In this document: in pieces, positions 12,030 through 26,687 of the stretch | Layout of the letters: the number at the start of each line of letters is the position of its first letter | Numbering within the stretch: position 1 is the stretch's first letter | Assembly (NCBI GenBank): GCA_964016885.1 | Contig: OZ024742.1 | Coordinates: 69,068,001 to 69,132,000, forward strand | DNA from: Eledone cirrhosa | Lineage: Eukaryota | Direction: 5' to 3' | Length of the DNA: 64,000 bases | Position numbers and translations under genes: made by a program | Notes under the pieces: model-generated | The model's input: the letters and a program-made list of their open reading frames with translations, nothing else | Databases searched by the model: none | Told to the model about the DNA's origin: nothing

Positions 12030-12226
<197 letters not shown>

Positions 12227-12699
12227 TATATATATATGTATGTAGATATATATATATGTATGTATGTATGTTTTGACTGAGTGGTGGTGATGGCAGTGAA
12301 TGTTCGACTATTTATCAACACATTCAACACACAGTAAGCGAGTTTGGTAGCAGGTCAGTGACTTTCCTCTAAAAATAGGTTGTGGATTGACTTGTATGAG
12401 TGTAAATGTTGTGGTGGGGGCAGAGAGAGATGTATCTTTCATATGTCCGTTTACTTTTCAAAATTTGAAATTTAGCCATATTTGATTAAAAAGCATTAGG
12501 TTGTAAATAAAATGTAAACAACGATTGCATTGGGAAAATATATGAAAATATTTATGCAACTTTCACAACTTCTGCCAGGTTATTTGCTGAGACTAGTAAG
12601 CAATAATTTGTCGAATTTGAATGTTTGGAAATACAAAATTATGCAGAACTTACCCCACAAAGTAGACGGGAGAGGCTAAAAAACATGTCCGTATACCTC

Positions 12700-13560
12700 A
12701 AATTTCTGCATACAGAAAAAGGTAAAGGTTTACAAGGCATGTGTGCTCTCTTCTCTTCTTTATCCCTGCGAAACCTGGGTCACATATCGACACCACCTTA
12801 AACAGTTGGAATGTTTGCACCAGATGTATCTCAGACGGATCCATGGTGTTCACTTGAGGGACCAAATCAGTGATGTCGAGATTTTGGAAAACTCTGTGTG
12901 AAATAATAGAAGCTCTTGTGCTTAAGCAAAGACTCCGATCGAGTGGACACCTTGCCAGGATGAAGGATTCTAGAATCTCGAAACAACTCTTTTATGGAGA
13001 GTTATTTAAAGGAAAGCGACCTCCACATAAACCAAAAAAGAGGTATAAGGATTCGTTGAAAGATTCCTTGAAAGACGCTAACATCTCTGTCGATACATGG
13101 GAAAGCGTAGCTGGTGATCGTAATAAATGGAGAAAGACTGTATATGAGGGGAAAGTTGCTTTTGAAGCATCTCGAATCGCATACGAGAAAGTAAAAAGGG
13201 ATGTGAGGAAGGGCATTGCTGTTGCATTTCCAGACAGCGAAGATCCTCCAATGGCGCTGAGATGCAGCGTCTGTGTAAGACTCTGCCTTAGCAAAGCTGA
13301 ACTCGAAAATCATCTTTGCAGTCATAAAGTGAGACCAATGGATGACTACCAGGCTGCTGTCGGAGATGCTACTCATCATGCCTGTCAAGCATGAGGAAGA
13401 GAATGTAGATCAGCAGGAGGGCTCAACGACATGAAAAAGTACATGAAATCTAACCACAGGCGGCTATTGCCAGTGAATGTTTTGGTTGTCAACTCTGTGC
13501 AACACATTTTAGATCATTGGCTGGGCTAAAAAGCCACATTCGATCGCAGCACCGTTAATT
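12700..13560 (+). mobile_element. RTE-clade LINE 3' fragment with C-terminal C2H2 zinc fingers
   Basis: ORF 12870..13394 reads QRLRSSGHLARMKDSRISKQLFYGEL..GKRPPHKPKKRYKD..WESVAGDRNKWR, followed by CSVC..H..H and two more degenerate CxxC..H..H units up to 13555. Confidence 0.85.
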
Positions 13561-13607
13561 GTTTATATATAAATATATATATTTATATATACATACATTT
13601 CCAACTT

Positions 13608-13740
<133 letters not shown>

Positions 13741-13882
13741 TCTCGCGAGAAAAACCACAAACCCTCCATCTCAATTCTACTTTTGAAAAGCATAAGAACT
13801 GTGAAACCGGTAAAGGAAACAAATAAATATTCTTAAAAAAACTCCAGTTGCATTTTCGATTTCATCTTTTTTCCTTATACTT

Positions 13883-14357
13883 TCACTGATTAACCTCGAT
13901 GTCACGTGATTGATTCTTTTGAATTTGCCACTGACTGGGAAGGTAGTGAAATTGTCAGTGTCTTGAAATTTAGTCCGCGCTTGCTTCTTTTGCATTCACT
14001 GAATTATTTTTGTTTGAGATCCCTGTGTCCGCCTATCGCCTGGGATCTTAGCAGAGAATTGACTCCCTGACGAAGAAAGGAATTCCCCATAGTTTGAACA
14101 CTATGTATATCCCCTTTCAGAAACTAATTAGTTGGAGTGAAACTTAAGTAAGTAAGTAAGTTAATTATTATAATTCTCCTATTTTACGTCTTTCATATAA
14201 TTGTTCTACATTTTTGTATTGAACCACAAAGTTACTAAGACAAAACCTATATCTTGCTAGCATAAGTATACTTCTGTATAAATATGTTGGTAGATATACT
14301 AATTCTTTATAATTATCTCCAAATTATTTGTTGAGCAAAAATTCGCCTGAATTACTG

Positions 14358-14414
<57 letters not shown>

Positions 14415-15019
14415 ATAAGAAACAGCTCGAGGCACGATCGATGCAGTGATCAAACCTGACACTGAAATCGATCGTGCCTCGAGCTGGTCGCCAGAAAAAC
14501 GATTGTAATTTGTCTAATAAATCTTATTCGTCGCACCACTGATTCATATTTATTATGGTCTTGTAGTATTTTGGCTACTGTCTTTTTATCACCCCACTCC
14601 TCACTGATTAACCTCGATGTCACGTGATTGATTCTTTTGAATTTGCCACTGACCGGGAAAGTAGTGAAATTTTCAGTGTCTTGAAATTTTGTCCGCGCTT
14701 GCTTCTTTTCCATTCACTGAATTATTTTTGTTTCAGATCCCTGTGTCCGCCTATCGCCTGGGATCTTAGCAGAGAATTGACTCCCTGATGAAGAAAGGAT
14801 TTCTCCATAGCTTTGAACACTATGTATATCCCCTTTCAGAATCTAATTAGTTGGAGTGAAACTTAAGTAAGTAAGTTAATTATTATAATTTTCTTATTTT
14901 ACGCCTTTCATATAATTGTTCTACATTTTTGTATTGAACCACAAAGTTACTAAGACAAAACCTATATCGTGCTAGCATAAGTATACTTCTGTATAAATAT
15001 GTTGGTAGATATACTAATT

Positions 15020-15025
<6 letters not shown>
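13883..15025 (+). repeat. Two direct repeats of about 425 bp (13883..14310 and 14601..15025), probably Penelope-like terminal repeats
   Basis: Near-identical units TCACTGATTAACC...AATTCTTTAT. Each contains a hammerhead motif. Confidence 0.85.
14062..14138 (+). ncRNA. Type I hammerhead ribozyme with palindromic stem-loop III (second copy 14780..14857 has GAATC in the core)
   Basis: ACTCC-CTGACGA-AGAAAGG...CCTTTC-A-GAAAC-TAATTA-GTT^GGAGT. Stems I and II pair, and AACTAATTAGTT is palindromic. Confidence 0.7.
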
Positions 15026-15089
<64 letters not shown>

Positions 15090-15167
15090 ATAATTGGTGT
15101 GGATGCTTAAAGCGTCCGTAAGCGGTATCCCGTTTGAGCACTTGATTCTCTTACAGAGCAGAGTATA

Positions 15168-15382
15168 ATATCAAATAAGAAACGGAGAATCAGTGGTATC
15201 ACGAATAAGATTTATTAGGCAAATATTACAATCGTTTCTCTGGCGACCAGCTCGAGGCACGATCGATGCAGTGATCAAACCTGACTCTGAAATCGATCGT
15301 GCCTCGAGCTGGTCGCCAGAAAAACGATTGTAATTTGTCTAATAAATCTTATTCGTCGCACCACTGATTCTCCGTTTCTTAT

Positions 15383-15389
<7 letters not shown>
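15168..15389. repeat. Long hairpin with arms of about 100 bp and a loop of about 24 nt (partial copy at 14408..14546)
   Basis: Arms ATAAGAAACGGAGAATCAGTGG...GGCACGATCGAT and ATCGATCGTGCC...CCACTGATTCTCCGTTTCTTAT, with few mismatches. Confidence 0.9.
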
Positions 15390-15420
<31 letters not shown>

Positions 15421-15426
<6 letters not shown>

Positions 15427-16078
15427 GTTTGTTAAATTAATCAAATTGAATTAATTCAACAGTTAAACACACATAGGAATAATAGGGTTGTTACCAAAGA
15501 GCCAGAAGATTGACAAGTCGACCATAATAAATATGACTAATAGCTCTAGGAAAGCCATGAACGACATCACATCTTTTAAACTTTGATTTTGAAACTAGGT
15601 TTATAATTATTAACTTTCATTACAGTTGTGTAGCTGTCTCGGCGGCCTAGCTGGAGGAATTATAGACGGTGGTGATCCTGGTCTGAATTTCCATTCTTGT
15701 AGGGAGTAGGGTTCCCTGTAAATCTTTTCAGTTTTTTCTATGGGATGTAAAATAAAACTGAAAAAATATTACATGTACGTCTTGAACAGGATTGAACCCA
15801 AGGCCAGGATCTCCACCATCTCTAGCAGCTACCGATAGGTCACAGAGACAACTACGACAGTCCTCTGAAAATTCATATTTATAAACCTACTTTCAAAATT
15901 TTCAAAACAACATGAGGTGGTGTCGTTCATGTCTTTCTTAATGTTATTGTTCCTACTCAAGGACGACTTCTAAATGATTTGGGTCTCTCATAAATTACAT
16001 CCCCGTTTTATTTCTCATCTATCTAGACTATATTTTAACCTGTAATTCATGTTTCATTTCTGTTGCACCACATTTCTC

Positions 16079-16121
<43 letters not shown>

Positions 16122-16205
16122 ATATTTCAATGTACTATCATTTGGGCGTTCCTTATTCATATAGATATATTTCTGCATGTCAGATTCAAACTTACAATGA
16201 TTGGC

Positions 16206-16206
<1 letters not shown>
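15421..16206. mobile_element. Non-coding interspersed repeat with an internal imperfect inverted repeat, flanked by (TA)n
   Basis: Both ends are homologous to 25143..25600. About 15548..15700 is inversely similar to about 15790..15940. Confidence 0.7.
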
Positions 16207-16255
<49 letters not shown>

Positions 16256-16386
16256 TCATCATGCAATAACATTTGCGTTTACGTCAGATAAAATAGGTAG
16301 ACATGATATGAAGGTTAAAAAACACTTGTGAATAGTGCAGTTTTAAATCAACATATTGCTTTATTGTATTACAATAAAACTCACCT

Positions 16387-16444
<58 letters not shown>

Positions 16445-16463
16445 TGTGTGTGTGTTTGTTTAA

Positions 16464-16503
<40 letters not shown>

Positions 16504-16582
16504 TTAAACACACACACACACACATATATATATATACATATATATATACACACACACATACACACACATATACATATATACA

Positions 16583-16676
<94 letters not shown>

Positions 16677-16735
16677 TATATATATACACATACACACACA
16701 TACACAGATACACATACATATACATATACACATAC

Positions 16736-16786
<51 letters not shown>

Positions 16787-16789
16787 CAT

Positions 16790-16851
<62 letters not shown>

Positions 16852-17297
16852 ATACTTTGGGAGGGTCATGTTGCCAATAAGAAACACACGCACCAGTTGC
16901 TTTCACTTCAATTTAATTTATTAAATATTTATAAATTTACAAATTTATAAATTTCTGGTTGGTTGGTTGGTTCCAAAACCAGATAGTTGTTTATATATAT
17001 ATAGTCATAGTTCTTTCGTCACACACTCTGTGACCTCTTCAGTGACTGGGGATTTCTTTCTTCGTTTCTGTGCCTTTCCTTTCTTCTATCCTACGCCATT
17101 TTGTTTGTAAATTTGTAAATTTATAAATATTTAATAAATTAAATTGAAGTGAAAGCAACTGGTGCGTGTGTTTCTTATTGGCAACATGACCCTCCCAAAG
17201 TATAACAATATCGGTTTCAACACACGATTTCAGATAAAGAATCTTGCTAAACAAATTCAGAAACGATATATATATATACATATACACATATATATAC

Positions 17298-17356
<59 letters not shown>

Positions 17357-17403
17357 TATATATATATATATACATACACACATACACACATACACACATA
17401 CAT

Positions 17404-17459
<56 letters not shown>

Positions 17460-17464
<5 letters not shown>

Positions 17465-17607
17465 TTATTTTATAGAAGGAGCTTCTACAGGACTAGTACT
17501 GTTTCATTCAGATGAAATCTTCAGGAAGCTCCAGGAAGCTTCCTGAAGATTTCATCTGAATGAAACAGTACTAGTCCTGTAGAAGCTCCTTCTATAAAAT
17601 AAAAAAA
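17460..17607. ncRNA. Palindrome made of two back-to-back hammerhead ribozymes (+ strand 17537..17588; - strand about 17470..17530)
   Basis: AGCTTC-CTGAAGA-TTTCATCTGAAT-GAAACAG-TACTAGTC-CTGTA^GAAGCT, with its reverse complement immediately to the left. Confidence 0.8.
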
Positions 17608-17673
17608 TTTTACTCTGCCATGTATTGAGTACCTTACTTACTGTGGTTATCCCCGACTCAACCCGGGACCTAC

Positions 17674-17736
<63 letters not shown>

Positions 17737-17805
17737 CATACACACATATATGTATATATCTATATATATATATATATACACACACAGATATATATATACA
17801 CACAA

Positions 17806-17847
<42 letters not shown>

Positions 17848-18211
17848 TGCGTCTTTTCTGTGTGTAGACTTTATTTTTATTTCTATGTTCTCTAATTTAC
17901 CCTTATGTTCTATTTTAGCATTTTCTTATCTCTACATTGTCCTTCAGTACATCTTATGCTATATACTACATTTCTAGTTTTACAGTTACTATGGGGGCTT
18001 AGTTTACAGATTATAGATTTCTTATCTATACAGGGAGGTCTTTGAATAGGGGTATATATTGCTAATAAGTGTTTTTATGGAGGTGTATAGATGGAGGTGT
18101 ATAGATAAGAAATGAATAATCTGTAAACTAAGCCCCCATTTTAACTGTAAAACTAGAAATGTAGTATATAGCATAAGATGTACTGAAGGACAATGTAGAG
18201 ATAAGAATATA

Positions 18212-18553
18212 GTGTACATAGGTGAGACAGCTCGTAGTTTAGGAGAACGGATAAATGAACACTGGCGGGAGCTTCAAGATAGTAAAGAATCATCTGTACT
18301 CCACCAAAATGCTAAAATAGAACATAAGGGTAAATTAGAGAACAGAGAAATAAAAATAGAATCTACACACAGAAACGACGCAATGTTTAGACAAATCACA
18401 GAGGCAATAAACATAAATGAACTCCAACCAAAATTAAATAGAAAACATGAATGGAATAGCAACATCACAACTTACAATTCAGGACAAAATGAAAACACAC
18501 ACACACATAGAACAAACAACCAACCAGTAACATGTAAACAAAAAAATAAATAA
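18212..18553 (+). pseudogene. Penelope-like GIY-YIG endonuclease C-terminal fragment
   Basis: YIGETARSLGERINEH..RQITEAININELQPKLN. Confidence 0.85.
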
Positions 18554-18937
18554 ACAAATATAAACACACACAGACACTCGGATGTAACACATGCGCAAAC
18601 TAAGCACACAACACACACAAAACAAGATGGCGTAGGACAGAACAAAGGAGAGGCACAAAAACAAAGAAAATAATCCCCAGTCACTGAAGAGGTGACGAAA
18701 GAACTTTGACAATATATGAACAATCGTCTGGTTGTTGAACCAACCAACCAACCGTAAATTTATAAATTCTTAAATTTATAAATTTAATTTATAATAAATT
18801 GAAGTGAAAGCAACTGGTGCGTGTGTTTCTTATTGGCAACATAACCCTCCCAAAGCATAACAATATATATATATACACACACGCAAATATATACACTCAC
18901 ATACACATATATAAAGATATACACACATATACACATA

Positions 18938-18997
<60 letters not shown>

Positions 18998-19022
18998 CAC
19001 ACATACACATATACATACACAT

Positions 19023-19067
<45 letters not shown>

Positions 19068-19076
19068 TATATATAC

Positions 19077-19107
<31 letters not shown>

Positions 19108-19274
19108 CATATATATATACACACATATATATATACATACACATATACACACATATATACACATACATATATACATATACACACATACACACACTCAAAC
19201 ATATACATACATACAAATATACATATACAAACACATATAAACACATACATATATATACATATATATACATATTT

Positions 19275-19354
<80 letters not shown>

Positions 19355-19576
19355 TTCGTTTCTGAATTTGTTTAGCAAGATTCTTTATCTGAAATCGTGT
19401 GTTGAAACCGATATTGTTATACTTTGGGAGGGTCATGTTGCCAATAAGAAACACACGCACCAGTTGCTTTCACTTCAATTTATTATATATTTATAAATTT
19501 ATAAATTTACAAATCTACAAACTTATAAATTTCTGGTTGGTTGGTTGGTTCCACAACCAGATAGTTGTTTATATAT

Positions 19577-19621
19577 AGTCATAGTCCTTTCGTCACACAC
19601 TCTGTGACCTCTTCAGTGACT
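19577..19621 (-). ncRNA. Minimal type I hammerhead ribozyme (a further copy at 17003..17047)
   Basis: AGTCA-CTGAAGA-GGTCACAGAGTGTGTGAC-GAAAGGACTA^TGACT. Confidence 0.7.
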
Positions 19622-19964
19622 GGGGATTCCTTTCTTTGTTTCTGTGCCTTTCCTTTCTTCTGTCCTACGCCATTTTGTTTCTGTGTGTGTGTGTTGTGTG
19701 CTCAGTTTGCGCATGCGCCACATCCGGGTGTCTGTGTGTGTTTGTGTTCATTTATCTATCTGTTTATTTATTTGTTTATTTATTTACATGTTGTTGGTTG
19801 GTATATATATAAACAACTATCTGGTTGTGGAACCAACCAACCAACCAGAAATTTATAAGTTTGTAGATTTTTAAATTTATAAATTTATAAATATATAATA
19901 AATTGAAGTGAAAGCAACTGGTGCGTGTGTTTCTTATTGGCAACATGACACTCCCAAAGTATAA

Positions 19965-20017
<53 letters not shown>

Positions 20018-20207
20018 TGTATATATATGTATATATATGTATGTGTTTATATGTGTTTGTATATGTATATTTGTATGTATGTATATGTTTGAGTGTGTGT
20101 ATGTGTGGATATGTATATATGTATGTGTATATATGTGTGTATATGTGTATGTATATATATATGTGTGTATATATATATGTATCTATATATATATGTATAT
20201 ATATATG

Positions 20208-20323
<116 letters not shown>

Positions 20324-20358
20324 CACATATATATGCATATATATACACTCATATACAA

Positions 20359-20390
<32 letters not shown>

Positions 20391-20876
20391 TGTTATACTT
20401 GGGGAGGGTCATATTTGTGTAATAATATTGCCAGAATTAATAACAGAACACACTCACTGTTTGGTTGGTTTTCGCTTCTGTGTCTTTTATATCGGTTAAT
20501 TTAATTTATTCGGTCCTCAATATTGCCATTGACTGACCAACGGTCAAAAATACAAATACAATATAGACACAAACACATATATATAGTCTATCAAAGTTCT
20601 TTCGTTGCACATCTGCAACATCGTCAGTGTTGCTATTATGTTTCCTCTCGTTGCATTGTATGCTTACGCCATCTTTATTTAGTCTGTTTATTTATTTGCT
20701 TTTTTTTTTGTCTTCTCTCCGCATGTGTTTGCGTGTGTGTATAGTGTTTTGTTTGATGTGTGTTCTTGTTTGGGTGACTGTGTATTGGTTAATGTATTCT
20801 ATCTTAGTTTACTAGTGTGTGTTTATGTGTTTGTTGTTATCGTGCTTGTGTATGTATTTATTTATTTATTTATGTG

Positions 20877-20957
<81 letters not shown>

Positions 20958-21135
20958 CTGCTCTGTAAAACATCTGATGTTAGTACATTGAGCTATTTCT
21001 GGTAATAAGGTAGTAATATATTACTGCTTATCACTATTTAGGGTTTGTAAAAATATATATAACCACAAAAGGTTTTTGTATTTGCATAACCATAAATAGT
21101 ATCCTTAATACTATATATATATACATATATATAAG

Positions 21136-21248
<113 letters not shown>

Positions 21249-21534
21249 AAGTTATAGTTCACTTGAAGCATTGTGTAATGAGGTATAAACGTTTGAATTT
21301 GTAAAGTCAAACAAAGCAGGTATGGAGATAGAATAAAAATGTCAGCATGATTGGCAAGCTATTTAGAACACTGGTTTAACCGCTTTACTTCCCTCCGAAG
21401 AAGAGATATTATCTCGAAAATTAAGGACATTTAAATAAATCTAAGGTAAAAGACTAATTATCAACAATATCTTTGCATTTGCATTTTTATTCTATGTCTA
21501 TACCTGCATTGTTTGGCTTTACAATTCAAACGTT

Positions 21535-21731
21535 TATATATATATATATATATACATATACACACATATATATATATATACATATACACACATACACACA
21601 TATATACACACACATACACACACACATGTACATATACATACACACACATACATACATACATACATATATACACATATATATATATATACATACATATATA
21701 TATACATATACACACATACACACATACACAT

Positions 21732-21796
<65 letters not shown>

Positions 21797-22116
21797 CATA
21801 TATACACACATATATATACACATGTATACACATACACGCACACATATACACATATATATACATATACACATACATGCATATATACATATACACATACATA
21901 TATATATATATACACACACATATATATATATATAATATATATATATACACATATATATATACACATATATATATATACATACACATATATACATACAAAT
22001 ATATATACACACACACACATACACATACATACGCATATACACATATACATACATATATACACATATATACACATATATACACATACATATACATATATAT
22101 ATACACACATATATAC

Positions 22117-22185
<69 letters not shown>

Positions 22186-22577
22186 CATATACATACATAT
22201 ACATACACAAACTTACACATACATATACACATATACACATAAATATATACACATATACACATAAATATATACACATATACAAACACATACATACATATAT
22301 ATATATAGAGATACATATATATATATACATATACATACATATATATACATATACATATACACATACATATATACAAATATATACACATATACACATACAT
22401 ACACATATACATATACACATATGCATATACACATATACATATATATATACACATATATATATATATATACACACATACATATATATATATATATACACAC
22501 ACATACATACACATATACACACATACATACATACACATATATATATATACATATATATATATACATATATATATATA

Positions 22578-22608
<31 letters not shown>

Positions 22609-22720
22609 ATAAATATATATATGCACATATATATATATTTATATATATATACACACACACACACATATATACACACACACACACATATACACAAAACCAT
22701 ATATACATACAAATAAATAT
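21535..22720. repeat. Compound (TA)/(CA) microsatellite of about 1.2 kb
   Basis: Direct inspection. It explains the long YI/CV/HT ORFs. Confidence 0.95.
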
Positions 22721-22978
22721 AAATATACACACAAAGAGGACAAGTGAACGCACCTACACACAGCGATATGCATACAAACGAACGGCCACTCATACAAATA
22801 CATACAAATAAGTACTCATAAATATACGCATATACACAGGCACATAAAAACAGCTCTACTAGCAGAAAATGCAGATAGGTAAGAGGTACTCACATAACCA
22901 TAGTGGCCGTATATCAGGTTGAGGAGGGGTGGGATGGGATGGGAAGGAGGTAGAGGGGCTAAAAGGGGGAAGTCGTTT

Positions 22979-23539
22979 TTAGCCATCAGGCATTAACACT
23001 GGCTTAAGGTATTTGAAAGTTGCAAAGTTTTTGTGCATGCAGTTCGGGCCCTTGGCGAATAAAATTTCGTAGCTCTTTGAGATACAAAGGTCGCAGCCCT
23101 TGTGTCCTCCGCTGTAAGAGCGCGCTTTCTGGAGTATTTTCCATTTAAGCGTGATGAGGGTGGAGTTCCTTTTGAGGTCCCAAACATAGGAGGCGAGTGT
23201 TGTCTGGTTTGCTTTGTCCGGTCTTCTGAAGGAGTGGGTATGGGCATACCAGCGGGTCTTAAAGTTATTGGAAGTCATGCCGATGTAAGTCTTTTTGTTA
23301 TTGCAATCATCGGTGCCTGAAATGACATCGCATTTGTATACGATATCATTTGTCAGGCATTTGTTTTCAAGTGGGCAGGCTTCCTTATTTAGGCAATTAC
23401 ACAAGGCTCCAGTCCGGGGATTGGGTTCGGAGGTGGTTGGCTTATTTAATTTTTTAGAATTGTGATTGGCTATATTCCTAGCTAGGTTGGGTGTAGTGGA
23501 GTAGGAGAGTCTTATTGTGTTCTTATTAAAGATGGTCAC
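22979..23539 (-). pseudogene. Naiad-type Penelope-like element, linker and GIY-YIG fragment
   Basis: IFNKNTIRLSYS, then a CxCx5Cx5C linker CNCLNKEACPLENKC, IVYKC..YIGMT..FKTRWYAH and CDLC. Confidence 0.85.
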
Positions 23540-23677
23540 TCTAAATATAAATTATAGCTTTAAAGAATTAGCCTTTAATAAATTTTCTATCAACCAATGA
23601 CCTCTACCCATACCACTCCCCACCCTCTCCTACCACATGAAAAGACCTATAAATACCACATTTATTTTTGGATAGCC

Positions 23678-23728
23678 AGATTCCTGATGATTTCAAAAGA
23701 ATGAAAGAGTTCTAGTCCTCTAGAATCT
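23678..23728 (+). ncRNA. Type I hammerhead ribozyme
   Basis: AGATTC-CTGATGA-TTTCAAAAGAAT-GAAAGAG-TTCTAGTC-CTCTA^GAATCT. All three stems pair. Confidence 0.8.
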
Positions 23729-23751
23729 CATCTATATTAAAACTATATATA

Positions 23752-25110
23752 TTGGTGGCCCTTGGACATTCCGCACGCCATCTCACAGTCTGTGGCCTAC
23801 TCCAGTGCCACGGAACACCCGCCAATCGCCTTACGGTAGAACAACGAACTGTCTTCATCTTACAGACCCACACTCCCCCGGCCTGAACTCCCCACCCTTA
23901 TTCCTTTAGCCTTCGACCGCCCCCCTCCCTCACACTTATCCCCCACTAACACCACTAACACACCCCTCCTTTTCACCGCCCACCCCACAACTAACAATAC
24001 TAACACCTCCACCCCACCCCTCATCTGACCACCCTTCCCCAACTAACATACTAACATCCCTCCCCTCTTCTCCTCCTCCCCCCTCCTTATCACACGCACA
24101 CACCCACCGGCACATATATACACGCGCTCACACTAAACACACACCCTACTACCACCACTAACCCTCACCCCCACATCTCTCACCCCCACACCTCCATCCC
24201 ACCACCCCGCAACTAACCTCACTAACACCCCCTAACCCCAAGCACACGAACACACGCACCCACTTACACCACCCACCCACACGCAACTAACATCACTAAC
24301 ACCCCCCAACCCCACGCACACGTACCCACACACCCTCGTACACCACCAACTCTACACACCCTACCACCACTAACCCCCACTCACACCTGCATTCAACCCC
24401 TCCCCGCCTCCCGTATACTAACACCCACTAACACCTCTTCATCAAACTACACACACACCAGTACACCACACTCCCTTCAACACGCTTAAACCCCACACAC
24501 ACGTGCTTTCCACCACATATTTACACCCTCAGCCTCCTGATTCCTCTCCCCCCACCCCTCTATCCACACACGCACAGACACTCCGACCCACAACCCCCCC
24601 ACACACACCTCTTCCTGAACATGCAACCCCGTTCTTCCCCCAACCCTTACTTTCACATACACACACACACACACGCACACCTACACACACACACACCACC
24701 TTCAGCCCTCCCCGCTCGGAAACCCCCGTCTCCCTCTCCCCACTCCACCCGCCACCACCCCTACACACCCCACACCCTTCCACCACCTGTTTTACCCCCC
24801 TTTTAATTTCAGTTTATTTTGATCATGCCGTTATATTTATTTTTATTTCATTCCTTGTATTTTGATCATGCTTTATTTTTATTTTTATCTTTATTTTTTA
24901 TTTTTTCATTCGCACCGTTTCCTTTCGCTATATGTCTCTCCACCACTCCCCTACACACCCTTTGAACTCTGTTCCCACACACTTCTCACCTGAGGAAGGG
25001 CTTATGCCCGAAACGTCGTCCCCCACCAACACCCCACTCTCCAGAGCGTGAAATTAATAAACATTCGTTGTACTGCCTCTCTGTTTTGTCCCTGTTCAAA
25101 TTTTTCCATT
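23752..25110 (+). mobile_element. Penelope-like 3' fragment: GIY-YIG tail, C/A-rich 3' UTR and terminal hammerhead
   Basis: Translates RLTVEQRTVFILQTHTPPGLN. The hammerhead core CTGAGGA-AGGGCTTATGCCC-GAAACGTCGTC lies at 24990..25020, followed by AATAAA and (TA)n. Confidence 0.7.
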
Positions 25111-25113
25111 ATA

Positions 25114-25715
<602 letters not shown>

Positions 25716-26687
25716 TATATATATATATAATAATATATAATATATATATATATATATAATAATATCGTCTTAAACCTTAAAATTTATAGTCTATATATAA
25801 ATTATACAAATGTATATATCTAGATAAATCTGGTTTAATAATATCTTATTAAATACATTTGTAATGCTTTATTACTTATTAACATCTTAATTTTAATGGG
25901 TTTTTTTTACTAATATATTGATTATATTCTTAATTTTAATATACTTTTATATATACTTGTGATTACCTTTGGAGTTATGATAAACACAAATAATACAATA
26001 ATATAAATCCTTTAAAATGTTATAGTCTAAAATCTTATGTCATTTGATTAATTGACTATTTCTAATTAACTTAACATTTGAAAATAAACGGTCACGCATC
26101 ATGTGCTTAAATATTCTTTCCCTCCTATCTAATTATACGCTATTTATACGTTACAATGCATATCCCCCTCCCTTTGTTTATACGATTTAACTTATTTTCC
26201 TCTCTCTATCATTTGATCATTTCTACCTTCTCTTGTTCCTACGATCAAATCTCCTTTTTGTTCTCTCTTTCCTCATGATTTGCTATCTCGATCTATCACT
26301 TCCACTATCTACAATAATGAGGTATGAATATATTATTATTATTTAAATTTGTAACAGTTATATAAGTTTATGTATTATATATTATTAGTTATTTATATAT
26401 CTTTTTACACATTCTCATACGCACCCTCTGTATTATATGTAATTTTTCATGTTTCAGCTTAAGGTATATAAATATCGAGTTTTGTCATAACTAATCGCTG
26501 CCATGACTAAATTATAACCATCAACATAGTCAAGGTATGTCAGGCATCAACTTATTTTATCTGATGAGGACGTACTGTTGAAATAGCTCAGTATCTCTGA
26601 AATATGTATAATAAAATATATTTGATCACATGAATGTCTATATTTATTAATATTTTGAAGTAATATATATATATATATATATATATA

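Larger units (their letters stand above)
16845..19970. mobile_element. Rearranged Penelope-like cluster: repeated terminal repeats in both orientations plus a GIY-YIG remnant
   Basis: TTGGGAGGGTCATGTTGCCAATAAGAAAC occurs at about 16857(+), 17170(-), 18826(-), 19424(+) and 19930(-). Hammerheads lie at 17003..17047(-), 18676..18710(+) and 19577..19621(-). Confidence 0.75.

Noticed and set aside
21385-21450. Hammerhead-like CCGAAGA-AGAGATATTATCTC-GAAA
   Set aside because: Stems I and III are poorly formed, so it is not called as a feature and is only noted as a possible decayed U4C variant.
21461-22793. Long ORFs of 200-430 aa rich in YI/CV/HT, and similar ORFs throughout the window
   Set aside because: They are translations of (TA)/(CA) microsatellites, which lack stop codons in several frames.
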